The position numbers were made by a program, and so were the translations under genes. Of a DNA stretch of 64,000 bases, positions 9,146-19,900 are shown in pieces. A model generated the notes under the pieces. That model was given only the letters and a program-made list of their open reading frames with translations. It made no database searches and was not told the origin of the DNA. How positions within the stretch are numbered: position 1 is the first letter of the stretch; every line of letters begins with the position of its first letter. Origin of the DNA: Candidatus Omnitrophota bacterium (GTDB lineage: Bacteria > Omnitrophota > Gorgyraeia > Zapsychrales > Zapsychraceae); contig JAHFGL010000002.1 of NCBI GenBank assembly GCA_023247445.1, positions 64,553-128,552 of the forward strand, in the 5' to 3' direction.

Positions 9146-9520
9146 ATGTCGAAAAAGATTTTAGTTGTTGATGATGATGCCTCAACGGTGAAGCTCGTGG
9201 GCACCGTCTTAACGTCACATGGTTACGTTGTTTCAACGGCTGTGGATGGTTTAGACGCACTCGTTAAGATCAAGAATGAAACACCTGATCTGGTCGTTTT
9301 AGATATTATGATGCCCGAGATCAACGGTTATGATGTTTGTTATCAATTGCGTTTTAACAAAGATTTTGAAAAAACCCCCATTGTCCTTATTACTTCACGA
9401 CCTCAGGAGTTAGATGATGAGCTCGGCCGTAAATCGGATATTGAATACGTCCCCAAACCAGTTAATTCAAAACTTCTCCTCGAGAAAATTGAATATCTGT
9501 TATCGAAGCCTAAATCTTAA
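9146..9520 (+). CDS. single-domain response regulator (CheY-like receiver)
   Basis: KILVVDDD...DLVVLDIMMPEINGYDV...KPV receiver pattern; 124 aa. Confidence 0.8.
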   Translation: MSKKILVVDDDASTVKLVGTVLTSHGYVVSTAVDGLDALVKIKNETPDLVVLDIMMPEINGYDVCYQLRFNKDFEKTPIVLITSRPQELDDELGRKSDIEYVPKPVNSKLLLEKIEYLLSKPKS

Positions 9521-9550
9521 AATTAATTATTTCTCATCTTCACTTAACCC

Positions 9551-10261
9551 ATGATTATTGTTGAAAGTTTAGTTAAGAATTTTGGATCATTTCCTGCGCT
9601 ACGCAATGTTTCCTTTGAAATCAAAAAGGGAGAGATCGTCGGGTTTCTTGGTCAAAATGGCGCGGGCAAAACAACGCTCATGCGGATTTTGACATCGTAT
9701 CTTCTGCCTTCATCAGGAAAAGTGACGGTAGGTGGCTACGATGTTGTTCGGAATTCTTTGGCTCTTCGCCAAAAAATTGGCTATCTTCCTGAGACACCGC
9801 CTCTTTATTTAGATATGACCACCCGAGACTATTTGCGATTTGCTGCGCAGCTTAAGAATATTCCTGCAGCCCGAGAGCGCCTGCAAATTGATAAAGTTCT
9901 TGAGGAGTGTGATCTTAAAGACGTTGCCAATAAAACTATTGGGATTCTTTCAAAAGGGTTTAAGCAACGAATCGGCATTGCTCAGGCGATTATTAATGAC
10001 CCGGAAGTCCTTATTTTGGATGAGCCCACGAACGGATTAGACCCTATCCAAATCCTTCAAGTGCGTAAACTGATCAAAAATTTAGAACATAAACAAACCG
10101 TCATTTTAAGCACACATATCCTTTCTGAGATACAGCAGATCGCTCAACGTGTCTTGATTATTAAGGCGGGATCTGTCGTTGCTGATGACCTGCTTCCTAA
10201 CTTGTTAAAAAAAGAGAATCAAACGAGTTTAGAAAATGTGTTTTTAAAATTAACATCGTAG
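9551..10261 (+). CDS. ABC transporter ATP-binding protein (GldA-like, ABC-2 type)
   Basis: Walker A GQNGAGKTT, ABC signature LSKGFKQR, Walker B ILILDEPTNGLD. Confidence 0.85.
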   Translation: MIIVESLVKNFGSFPALRNVSFEIKKGEIVGFLGQNGAGKTTLMRILTSYLLPSSGKVTVGGYDVVRNSLALRQKIGYLPETPPLYLDMTTRDYLRFAAQLKNIPAARERLQIDKVLEECDLKDVANKTIGILSKGFKQRIGIAQAIINDPEVLILDEPTNGLDPIQILQVRKLIKNLEHKQTVILSTHILSEIQQIAQRVLIIKAGSVVADDLLPNLLKKENQTSLENVFLKLTS

Positions 10262-10295
10262 TGGTTCGACTTTGCTCACCACAAGGAAACTCTCC

Positions 10296-11006
10296 ATGAA
10301 TAAAATATTTGCCATCGCCGCCAAAGAACTCAAAGCCTATTTCAAATCACCCATTGCGTATATTGTTCTTATCATCACCATTTCCATTTTTAATTTATTC
10401 TTTTTTATGGTCATTGATGAAAATAGAGAGTCGACACTGCGCGATATCTTTAAAGTCATGGAATTTTTGTTTGTTTTTATTGTCCCGCTTTTAACCATGC
10501 GGATTTTTGCTGAGGAAAAATCAACTGGGACGATGGAGTTTCTAATGACAACACCAACTTCAAACACGGTGATTGTGTTTGGTAAATATCTGGGCAGTTT
10601 ACTCTTTTTTAGTTTAATTATTGGATTTAGTTTTAGTTATTACTTGATCATCGAGTATTTTGGTCATCCGGATCGGGCGGCAACATTTTTGGGTTATTTG
10701 GGTCTTTGGTTAGAAGGGGCGATGTTTATCGCCATCGGCCTTATGACCTCCTCGTGGAGCCGTAATCAAATTGTTTCCGCCATGTGCACCTATGTCATTT
10801 TAATTTTCTTATATTTTGCGATTGGTTTTATTAAATATGTTTCCACGACTTTAGAGCCTTTGATTCAATATGTGGGCGTCTTGACTCATTCCGAAAATTT
10901 GACCAACGGTGTTTTGGCAACATCTGACATTATTTATTTCGTGAGCATTATTCTTTTCAGTCTTTTTATAACAAGAATTAGCATTGAAAACAGGCTCTGG
11001 CGATGA
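10296..11006 (+). CDS. ABC-2 family permease (GldF-like)
   Basis: six hydrophobic segments; ORF begins 10272 but ATG at 10296 (MNKIFAIAAKELKAYF) has SD aagga upstream and matches typical ABC-2 permease N-termini. Confidence 0.6.
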   Translation: MNKIFAIAAKELKAYFKSPIAYIVLIITISIFNLFFFMVIDENRESTLRDIFKVMEFLFVFIVPLLTMRIFAEEKSTGTMEFLMTTPTSNTVIVFGKYLGSLLFFSLIIGFSFSYYLIIEYFGHPDRAATFLGYLGLWLEGAMFIAIGLMTSSWSRNQIVSAMCTYVILIFLYFAIGFIKYVSTTLEPLIQYVGVLTHSENLTNGVLATSDIIYFVSIILFSLFITRISIENRLWR

Positions 11007-12592
11007 CAAAGAAATCAAAAAACATTCTTTTGTTATTTGTTTTAAGTAGCGTGATCCTGTTTCTTGGACTCGCTGCTTATTATGTCGAACAGCGTGTTTC
11101 ATTCTTTGCGTTGGGTTTTAGCCTTTTAGGGTTATCTTCTTTGATCGTTTGTTTGATTTGTCTTAAAAATGAAGGGCGATTTTCTGTTTTGGCTGGGCGT
11201 GGGCGACAGTTTTATTTGCTCATTATTTTTATCGGCCTTTTATCTATTTTGTGGGTACAGATCAACTGCCTGGGTTATTATTACAATCGTCGCTTTGATC
11301 TGACAAAATTTAAACAGCACACCCTTACAGAAGAGTCAAAAGATGTTATCAATGAACTCAAGCAAAATATTAAAGTGACTGCTTTTTATGTCGGGATATC
11401 GCCCAAATATTTAGAAGATCTTTTAAAGGAATACGAAGGCGCTGCCCAAGGAAAGATTACAACCGAGATTATTGATCCGCTTGTTCAAATTAGTTATGCC
11501 GCGCAATTTGGCAACGTGATTAGCGGGCAAGAAAGAAAAGTGATTATCCAGTCCGGGAAAGAACGCCGTGATGTTGAGTTTAGCGATGAGACGCCTTTAA
11601 CCGAAGAGGAGCTTAATAATGCCATTATTCGTGTAACACGCAAAGCTCGTCATGCTTACTTTTTTATGGGGCATGGAGAATATTCTTTTATGGATGAATC
11701 CGACACCGGGCTAAGTACGATAGCGAAGCTGTTACTTGCGAATAATGTTATTAGTCATCGACTCCTTTTAGGTGTTGATAAGAAAATTCCGAATGATTGT
11801 GATGTTCTCGTTATCCCTGGGCCTAAGCAAGAATTGTCCGTTGATGAAGAAAAAATAATTAATGAATATTTAGAGAAGGGTGGTGATGCTTTATTTTTAA
11901 TTGAGAATGTTGTTGTGACAACGCCGGATGTTCCTTTAACAGAGGATCAGCGTTATAAGAATCCTTCTCTTAATAGTATCCTCAATAAATGGGGTGTAAA
12001 GATTGGCGATGATATTGTTGTTGATTTGGCGAATCATGCGGGTGATGATGTTGGTTCACCAGCGACGCGTAACTATGTTTCACACAAAGCGATGATTAAG
12101 AATTTGGATTATACCTTTTATGTTCGTCCACGATCGATTTCACTACTGAGCAATCGGCGCCCAACATTAAAAGCAGCTCCGTTTGTTTTAACTTCTTCCA
12201 AAGAAACAAGCTGGGGCGAGACTAATCGTCATCTCGAGGTTAAGTATGATGAGGGAATTGATCGGCCAGGTCCTGTTGCGATTTCTTATGTTATTTGGAA
12301 ACCTAAAGAGAAGGATGGTCATTCAGATACACGCACCATTGTTTTTACCGACGCAGATTTTCTGACGAATATTTATATTGATCAATATAGTAACGCCCAG
12401 ATGGGACTCAACGTGATTAACTGGTTAACAGAGATGGACTACAAAGTTTTAAGGAATAAAAAAGAAATGAAAGTAGAGCGCCTGGATTTAACGAGTCAAC
12501 AGAGGCGCGTGGTTGTTGTTATCCTTTGGGTGATTCCTTGTGCGATCTTAATGATCGGGCTTATGGTTTGGATGAAACAAAGAATTGAGTAG
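11003..12592 (+). CDS. GldG-like ABC-transporter auxiliary component (N- and C-terminal TM anchors)
   Basis: position after ABC ATPase/permease, size, terminal TM helices, internal DxDFLTN-like region typical of GldG family. Confidence 0.6.
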   Translation: MTKKSKNILLLFVLSSVILFLGLAAYYVEQRVSFFALGFSLLGLSSLIVCLICLKNEGRFSVLAGRGRQFYLLIIFIGLLSILWVQINCLGYYYNRRFDLTKFKQHTLTEESKDVINELKQNIKVTAFYVGISPKYLEDLLKEYEGAAQGKITTEIIDPLVQISYAAQFGNVISGQERKVIIQSGKERRDVEFSDETPLTEEELNNAIIRVTRKARHAYFFMGHGEYSFMDESDTGLSTIAKLLLANNVISHRLLLGVDKKIPNDCDVLVIPGPKQELSVDEEKIINEYLEKGGDALFLIENVVVTTPDVPLTEDQRYKNPSLNSILNKWGVKIGDDIVVDLANHAGDDVGSPATRNYVSHKAMIKNLDYTFYVRPRSISLLSNRRPTLKAAPFVLTSSKETSWGETNRHLEVKYDEGIDRPGPVAISYVIWKPKEKDGHSDTRTIVFTDADFLTNIYIDQYSNAQMGLNVINWLTEMDYKVLRNKKEMKVERLDLTSQQRRVVVVILWVIPCAILMIGLMVWMKQRIE

Positions 12593-12618
12593 GAAAAAGA
12601 TTGTTTGATGCTATTTAT

Positions 12619-12647
12619 CGCCACCGCTCTGGTGGCTTTATTTTTAA
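12619..12647 (+). terminator. putative intrinsic terminator after gldG-like gene
   Basis: gccacc-gctct-ggtggc hairpin followed by tttatttttaaag. Confidence 0.4.
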
Positions 12648-12951
12648 AGTCAATTTTTTGAATAGCTAATTATTTGTTTCCATAATAAAAAATTATTGAT
12701 TCCTGATGGAATACATGGGGTCTGTAACTTGTCTATTTACAGCATGTTGTGATAATTAAAGATTATTTAGGTTCCTTCGTGAAAAAAAAGAAAACCTTTT
12801 CCTGTGAAAACTGGCCACAGCTAGGTCGTAGATGGCAACTGTGATATACTTTCACCAGAGGGTTAAGAAAAAACAAGGAAGTTAGAAAAGGAAAATAAAA
12901 GGAATGTAGTAAGAGCGTATCAAACTTAAAATTAGATTTCAGTAAACTTAA

Positions 12952-12997
12952 ATCCAGATGCGCTCCGTAGTGGGTAGAGGGTCATCTGGATTTTTTT
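12952..12997 (+). terminator. hairpin plus T-run (possible terminator of a leader/sRNA)
   Basis: atccagatg ... catctggat 9-bp stem with 22-nt loop followed by ttttttt. Confidence 0.35.
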
Positions 12998-13063
12998 ATA
13001 GCTTTTATCAAAATACTTCAGTCGGCAATCAAACCCGACTGATGAAGAAAGGAGGGGATCAAA

Positions 13064-13741
13064 ATGAGATACGACACCTTAATAATTGAACCACTTAGGG
13101 AAATGTTAGTTAGAGTAGCTGGTTTTATCCCCACTTTGTTCATCGCTCTTGGTATCCTAATTGTCGGCTGGGGGGTTGTTAAAATCTTTAGCAACCTGTT
13201 TACTCGATTCTTACATAGAATCGGGTTTGACACCTTAATCGACTCAATTGGGTTAACCAAGTTCTTACGAACAGGTGGATTAAAACATAAACCCAGCGAA
13301 CTGTTAGGCTGCATCACGTATTCGATCTTGATGGTTATGGTATTAATTATGACCGTCAAATCGTTTGGCTTAACAGTTGTTTCTGAGCTCGTAGACACAA
13401 TCTTGGCCTACATACCAAATGTTGTTTCAGGGGTTGTTACCTTGATTATTGGTATGGTGATTGCTCGATTTGTCTCAGCGCTTGTGTATATCACGGCTAA
13501 AAATACTGATATGCCAAGCCCAGCGACGTTAAGCCGCTTGAGCAAATTAGCGATCATGGCTTATGTTGTGATTCTATTCCTTAAGCAAATCGGCTTTGTC
13601 TCATTATTTGTCGATGGTAATTTTACTGTTATGACAACAGGTATCGTTTTTGCCTTAAGCTTGGCCTTCGGTCTTGCTGGCAAAGATGTTGCAGGTCGAT
13701 ACTTGGATGTATTTAACATTAAAAAAGCCCATCATAAATAG
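13064..13741 (+). CDS. multi-pass membrane protein (conserved TM-helix repeat type)
   Basis: repeated hydrophobic helices, SD aaaggagg 8 nt upstream of ATG. Confidence 0.5.
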   Translation: MRYDTLIIEPLREMLVRVAGFIPTLFIALGILIVGWGVVKIFSNLFTRFLHRIGFDTLIDSIGLTKFLRTGGLKHKPSELLGCITYSILMVMVLIMTVKSFGLTVVSELVDTILAYIPNVVSGVVTLIIGMVIARFVSALVYITAKNTDMPSPATLSRLSKLAIMAYVVILFLKQIGFVSLFVDGNFTVMTTGIVFALSLAFGLAGKDVAGRYLDVFNIKKAHHK

Positions 13742-13760
13742 TGAGCAAGTGATGGTTCCT

Positions 13761-13793
13761 GAGGGCTGCTAGAAATGGCAGCCCTCATTTTTT
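13761..13793 (+). terminator. intrinsic terminator
   Basis: gagggctgc-tagaaatg-gcagccctc stem-loop followed by attttttg. Confidence 0.55.
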
Positions 13794-13910
13794 GTCCCTC
13801 CAAGAAACCGTTTTCCCCAACACCTCGTTTGAGCCTTGTTTCACTGTCTTTATATGGCATATTTATTGTGTGGGTTTATGTTCATATGAATAAAGAGGAG
13901 CATTGGGGGA

Positions 13911-16900
13911 ATGCAAAGACTATATATTATAGAGAAGAGTACCAAGCGTCTTTGGACCCGTTTTATATCTGCTTTTGTCGTTTTTGCCTTTAGCATCAAT
14001 GTTATTATTCCGCCAAGTTACGCGCAATCAACTCCCACACTTTTAAATTTACCTGCGCCGGGAACTATGGTCATGACGACCCCAATCTATCATCCTGCTT
14101 TGGTCAAAGGGCTCATGATTTATCCAGACAATCCGCTTAAATTTGATTTTATTATTGATAAAGGCGACACCAAGCTTTCCGATGAAGATTTCAAAAAAGA
14201 ATCGACCAAGTTAATTAAATATTTCTTGGCGTCGTTGACGACCCCAGAAAAAGAGATGTGGGTGAATCTTTCTCCGTATGAAAAAGACCGCATTATTCCG
14301 CAAGGCTTTGGCCAGACGGAAATGGGCCGCGACATGTTGGCGCAAGATTATTTGCTTAAACAATTATCTGCATCGTTAATGTATCCCGAAGGTGATTTGG
14401 GAAAATCGTTTTGGGATCGGGTGTATAAGAAAGCGAAAGAGAAATTTAATACAACCGATATCCCGATGAATACTTTTAACAAGATTTGGATCGTTCCGGA
14501 AAAGGCACTGGTGTATGAACATGAAAAGGGCGCGTTTGTGGTTAAATCGCATTTAAAGGTTATGCTTGAGGAGGATTATCTGGCGCTTGAGGCCAATAAA
14601 AATTCCACGAAGCACGGCTTGGGTGATGTGAAGAGAGAAGATCTGAAAGTTATTAGCGGCGTGCAGTCGCAAGTTGTTAGAGAAGTTCTGATCCCTGAGA
14701 TTGAGAAGGAAGTTAATGAAGGCAAAACTTTCGCGAACTTAAGACAGATTTTTAATTCGGTTATCTTGGCGAGCTGGTACAAACAGGCCTTAAAAGAAAG
14801 TTTGCTTGGCAAATTTTACGTGGATAAAAGTAAAAACAAGGGTATTGAGGTTGAGGATAAGCAGATTAATCAAAAGATTTATGATCAATATGTCGCGGCT
14901 TTTAAAAAGGGTGTGTACGACTATATTAAAGAAGATTACGATCCGAATACACAGCAGATCATTCCTCGAAAATATTTTTCGGGTGGAGTTGTTGCCGCTG
15001 TAGGGGTTGATACAACTGATGCTAATGATAAGGCAACATCAGAAGCTGTTGCTGATGCTGTTGCGGATCTTGCTGACCCAACCCAAGGCGCTACAGTAAC
15101 AACAACATTGGGTTCCGTTGGCAGTCAGATCACAGAAGGTCAAGATGCTATTACGACATTTTTTGCGAAACCTCGAAGTCGTCGAGATTTTGGCCGAGGA
15201 TCTTTGTTGGCTGCTGCTGTGGCTGCTTTTGGTAGTGGAGTTCTTAGTCGTCGCGCTTCTGCTACAGAAACACAGCAAGTAACTGTTAAAAGTGATATTG
15301 TGCAATGGGTTAATTTTGAGAAAGAAGGAATTGCCGTTGATCCTGTTGTTAGTCAATTAATGGATCGTGCCAAGATTCAAGGTCAAACCGTTGCCATTGT
15401 CCGTAGTTTACCGGCATGGAAACGGTTAATGAATGATTGGAAGGCAGATGCGGGATTTCCAGCACCTCCTTTTGGTGTGAGAACTCAAATCCCCGGAGGA
15501 AGACTCGCCCTTGTTCTTGCCTATGCGCCTATGATGGGCAATGGAGAATATGATTTGTTAGCGCATGAATTATTTCATGAGATTATTGCTTCAAGACAAG
15601 AACCTCAAAGAGGTATTGTTTTTTCTCAAGCACCACTTATTATTAATGATTTTGTAGGAATTATTGAGCAACTACCTCAAAAAGATGCTGTAGCCTTTGA
15701 ACAATTATTGAAATGGATCTATGAAGAATATTTTACGGAATCGGAACGAAGTAAGGGAGGATCGTATTCAATTAAATACTCAATTAAAGGTAACGGTGGA
15801 AGACAAGCTGTAAGTTCTGTTGGCGCCTTTGCCGTCGATGAGCTAATGACTTTCATTTGGCATTGGGGTCAATATGGAAATTTGCCAGGATTACAGGAGA
15901 GATTTGATAAATTAACGCCTGATGAAAAGGCATACTTTAAAAATGTTAGTGGAACGGATCAAAGGATCCGAAGCTTTCTTAATCAAAGCGACCAGAAAAC
16001 AAGAGAAGTTTTTAGAAGATATTTTGAAGATACGCTGCATGTTCCTGTTCCCCGTTTGTTTCAGATAGAGCAAGATCCCGCGATGCTGACGGGGCGAAGT
16101 TTATTGCTAGGAATCGCCTTGAGTGGGTTATTAACTGTGTTTGGAGGTGGATGTTCATCTATGAAAAATAGTCCGCTTACGGCGGCACAACAAGTACAAG
16201 GAATCGTTGACAGTGGAAAAGAAATAAAGATTATATCTCGAGAAGATGCCAAAAAAGAATTTGGAGAATTTTATAATAGAGCTCTAGATGTAGGGAAAAA
16301 AATTACAGACGAAAAGTATGGTCAGGTAATAAACGATGCCAATGATTTAATTGCAACAATAGATGCGAAATTAGCTCAAGGGGGATATACAACAGCAAAA
16401 GGATCAGTAGATGATTTTGAAGGGATCAAAACAGCTCTTAAATATTATAAACTCACAGCGGCGACGGCTATTTTAAAAGCAAATTTAGGTGAACTAAATG
16501 AGTTGGCCAGTAAGGCTTTAGCAGGAGAATTTTTTGCCAAGGCAGGAGATGATCTAGCTAAGGAAGGGAATGGTCCAGCTAGTAAGGAAAAATATGGCGA
16601 GGCTCGTGAAAGTTGGAAAGAAGTCCAAGGAAGAATTGGTGGTCTAATTAACCGTTTAAGTGTAATTGAAGGTGAAAATGTCATTGTCGCTCCTGGTAAA
16701 GGTAGTGCCGCTCCAACCACAGGGCCAGCAGATACTTTTGTTAACCAAGCTAGAGATGCCCAGGAAAGAGCAAGAAAAGGTTTAGAGAAAATTGGCGACG
16801 ACGAAGCGATGTTCAGTGAAAAGGTTGGGTTGGAACTACTTCCTGAGATAGCCGCACATATGAGCGACCCCAATTGGCGTCTGATTGTTGGCCCTGAAGG

Positions 16901-19900
16901 GTTGCTTAAGGTTACAGAAGTTGATCTTGAAAAACAAACAATAACCGTCGTTAGAGAAGGTAACTTGGGGTATTTTTATGTTTCGCGTGGTGGGGATAAT
17001 AGCACGGTCAAGGCACAAAGAGGTCGGCCAACGACAGTCACAGTTAATCAATATTCAAACTTTGCGTTATGGGGCAGTAGGGCCGGATATGAGATGACTA
17101 GAAACAATGCCTTTAGGGCATTTAAAAATCATCGTTGGGTTCCTCATTTGTTTGGGCTAGATGCTATTTATAAACGTTTAGTTGATTCTCCCAAAGCCGA
17201 TTCTATTCTAGAAAAAGTTTTCATCGAAGTTTTCCCAGGACCAGAGCCTATAGGGCAGAAATTAAAAACATTATATGATTCAATATCTTCCAAAACTGTT
17301 TTTCGCACGGAATACAACGATAAAATAAAAGAGATTATTTTGCAGTATTATAGGCAAACAGGAGAGGATCTTATTCGTGCAGGTGTTTTAGAGTCTTTTC
17401 TTAGAGAAGATGCTGATCAAAAAGTTTGGCCGATATTTCATCGAGATGGTGGGACCAATGCAGCGGCCTGGCCATCTATAGGTAATGTCCCTTCGGATGT
17501 TGACTTTTATTTTCGTGAACAAATGTTTAACCAAGGTGTAAACCTTTTGAATAAAGATGAACAAGCAGATCCCATTATTGGATTAAATACTTATTATCCA
17601 ACTTATCGTAATGAGCATAGATCGGATGAATTTAGTCAGAGAATTATTAGGGCTCAAACAGACTTTGAAGAAGGAAGAAGGTTGGCTCAAGAAAATGCGA
17701 GTCGTTTAAAAGATGCCTTAGTGGGACAAGGAATCGATATTAAGGATATTGATTTAATTGTTCCTGTTCCTTCGTTTAAACCCGAAACCAGTCAAGTTGT
17801 TCCCATGACTGATGAATTGTCAAAAGCTCTTAATATTCCAACGAATCCAGCGGCTTTTAAGAAAATCCGTTCAACAGAAAATCAATCAACAATAAGAAAC
17901 CTTTTTGAACGGATTATTAATGTGGTTGGTGCTTTTGAGGCTGATTCACAAGCACTGGCGAATAAGACTGTTCTTATTTTTGATGACAATGTGACGACAA
18001 AAGCTACTTTGTTGGAATTAGCCCGTGTCACCATGGAAGCAGGAGCCAAACGGGTTATTTTAGTGGCTTTGGGAAAAACAATTGAAAAAGATCGTATAGC
18101 TCAAGACGACGCCGCGATGCTGACGGTTGATGAGAAATTTATAACGCAGTTTAACGTTGTTCGTCGTCAGTATTTAAGGGCGATAAGACAGGGAGAGCCA
18201 ACGCATGAGATCCACGATTTAGCTGGGATGGTTATTGAATATATAAAAGGAATTGAAATCCTTTTGGAAGATAAGGCGGCCAAAGGAAATCTCGAGGCCA
18301 AAGTCGCCCTTGATGATTTTCGAGAGATTTTTAATCCCATCGATGATTTGAGATCTCCTGGAGGGAAAGACCGTATCAAAACTAACGAGCCTGAAAGAGA
18401 AGCGGCGGATCGTGAATTTATTATTGAATTTCAATCAAATATAAGATTAAAACAAGTACTGAGAAACATTGAATCTAAACTTTTGGGTGAAGATATTGCG
18501 CGAGCGGCGGGGCTCGATCAAAAAGGGCAAGTCATGTTGGAGAGATATGTGGAAATATTGGCGGCACTCAATAATAAGAGTCTTACTGAAAGCATCGACC
18601 GTTTTGAGCGCGAGACAGATCAAGATGTCCTTGGTCTATTTAATAGAACCCAACCCATTTTGTTCGCTATTTTGCAAGATCCTTTGGAGAAACAGGCCAA
18701 AACGATTACTTCATTAGATGAATTCCTTCGGTTAAGTGATGAAATTCGATATCAATTAAATATGAACGCTTCGCGTGATTTCTTGAGCGCCGCTGAGATC
18801 GCAGATGTAGAGGCGGATAAAAAAGATTTAGGATGGTTACGACAAAGACGTTTTGGACTCTCGCAGACTCAAGGAAAGCTGCGATCTAAAGCTGGCGATT
18901 CAGGGAGAGTTACGGATAATATTGAAATTATTGATGCATCGATCGTTCGTCTTGGTGGAAATTTGGATGACTTTGCGATGTTGACCAATGCAGTTGCGAT
19001 CGCTCAAGAAGCCCTGGATCGACTTAAGAAGGAAACATCAAAAGGGCTTAAGCCACCTTTAGTTATTTTAAGTATTGGTGATGAGGAGACAATCGCAGAT
19101 TACGAGCTTTCATTTAGTAACTTTAGAGATAGAGTTAAAGACGTTGAGAATCTTCTCTCTCGTTTATTGCTAGAGATTGAAAAAGCACCTGTTACATTAG
19201 TGGGCAACATTCAACTTTTAAGCGATGTGGATTTAGATTTTTCTATCATGGAAGAATCTTTAGAAAAAATACGAGATTTAACCGAAACACTCCGTGGAGG
19301 CGAGGGAAGGTTTAATCCTGTCATGGTTGAGCATGTGGCTAATTCAATAAGTGGAGAAATACTATTCGGGCGAGATCAAGTCAACTCATCGCCAGCGCAG
19401 TTATTAAGGGCACTGCGTGAGCTGATAAAATGTTTAGAAATAAAAATAGTGCAAAAATATGAAGCTTTACCAGCATCTGAAAAAATGGTGTTCCCAAAAG
19501 AAGCTATTAGAGAACAACTAGCTCAAACCCGTATAACTTTCTTTATTGACGATTTTATGGAGAAACTAAATATTCCGATTAGACAAAAAGCAGAGCTTGT
19601 AAGATTCTTTCGTGAATTAGGGCTAAACGAGGTCGAAGAGGAGACGTTGCCGGGAACGGGTCTTTGGGAGAATTTGTACAGTAATGCATTGTTTAAGCCA
19701 AAGTTGATGCCGATAGTTTTACACAAAAAATATCCATATTACCACGACTTCGTCGCTGATCCTGGTTATACTGTAAGCGTGCGGGACGCTCGTGGACTTG
19801 AGATTATATCGATGAAAAGAAATGGCACAGGTCAAGTAACAATAAACAATGGAGAGCAATTAACGGCTCGAGCTCGGCCCTTTAGAAGTCCTGCCAGTGA

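Noticed and set aside
12600-13063. tRNA or rRNA gene in the large intergenic regions (also 53496-54012, 54412-54674)
   Set aside because: No GTTCGAATC-type T-loop, cloverleaf-compatible pairing or rRNA signatures recognised by eye.
13775-13993. 72-aa + ORF upstream of or overlapping the giant gene start
   Set aside because: Overlaps the terminator hairpin and the giant gene start. No SD or domain support.
16082-16160. Internal ATG followed by a lipoprotein-like signal (MLTGRSLLLGIALSGLLTVFGGGCSS) suggesting the giant ORF is two genes
   Set aside because: No stop codon anywhere between 13911 and 20324, so translation from the upstream start must continue. Treated as an internal TM helix or possible internal start rather than a separate gene.
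16445-16873. 142-aa minus-strand Ala/Ser-rich ORF
   Set aside because: Antisense to the giant gene. Low-complexity composition typical of a spurious reverse-frame ORF.
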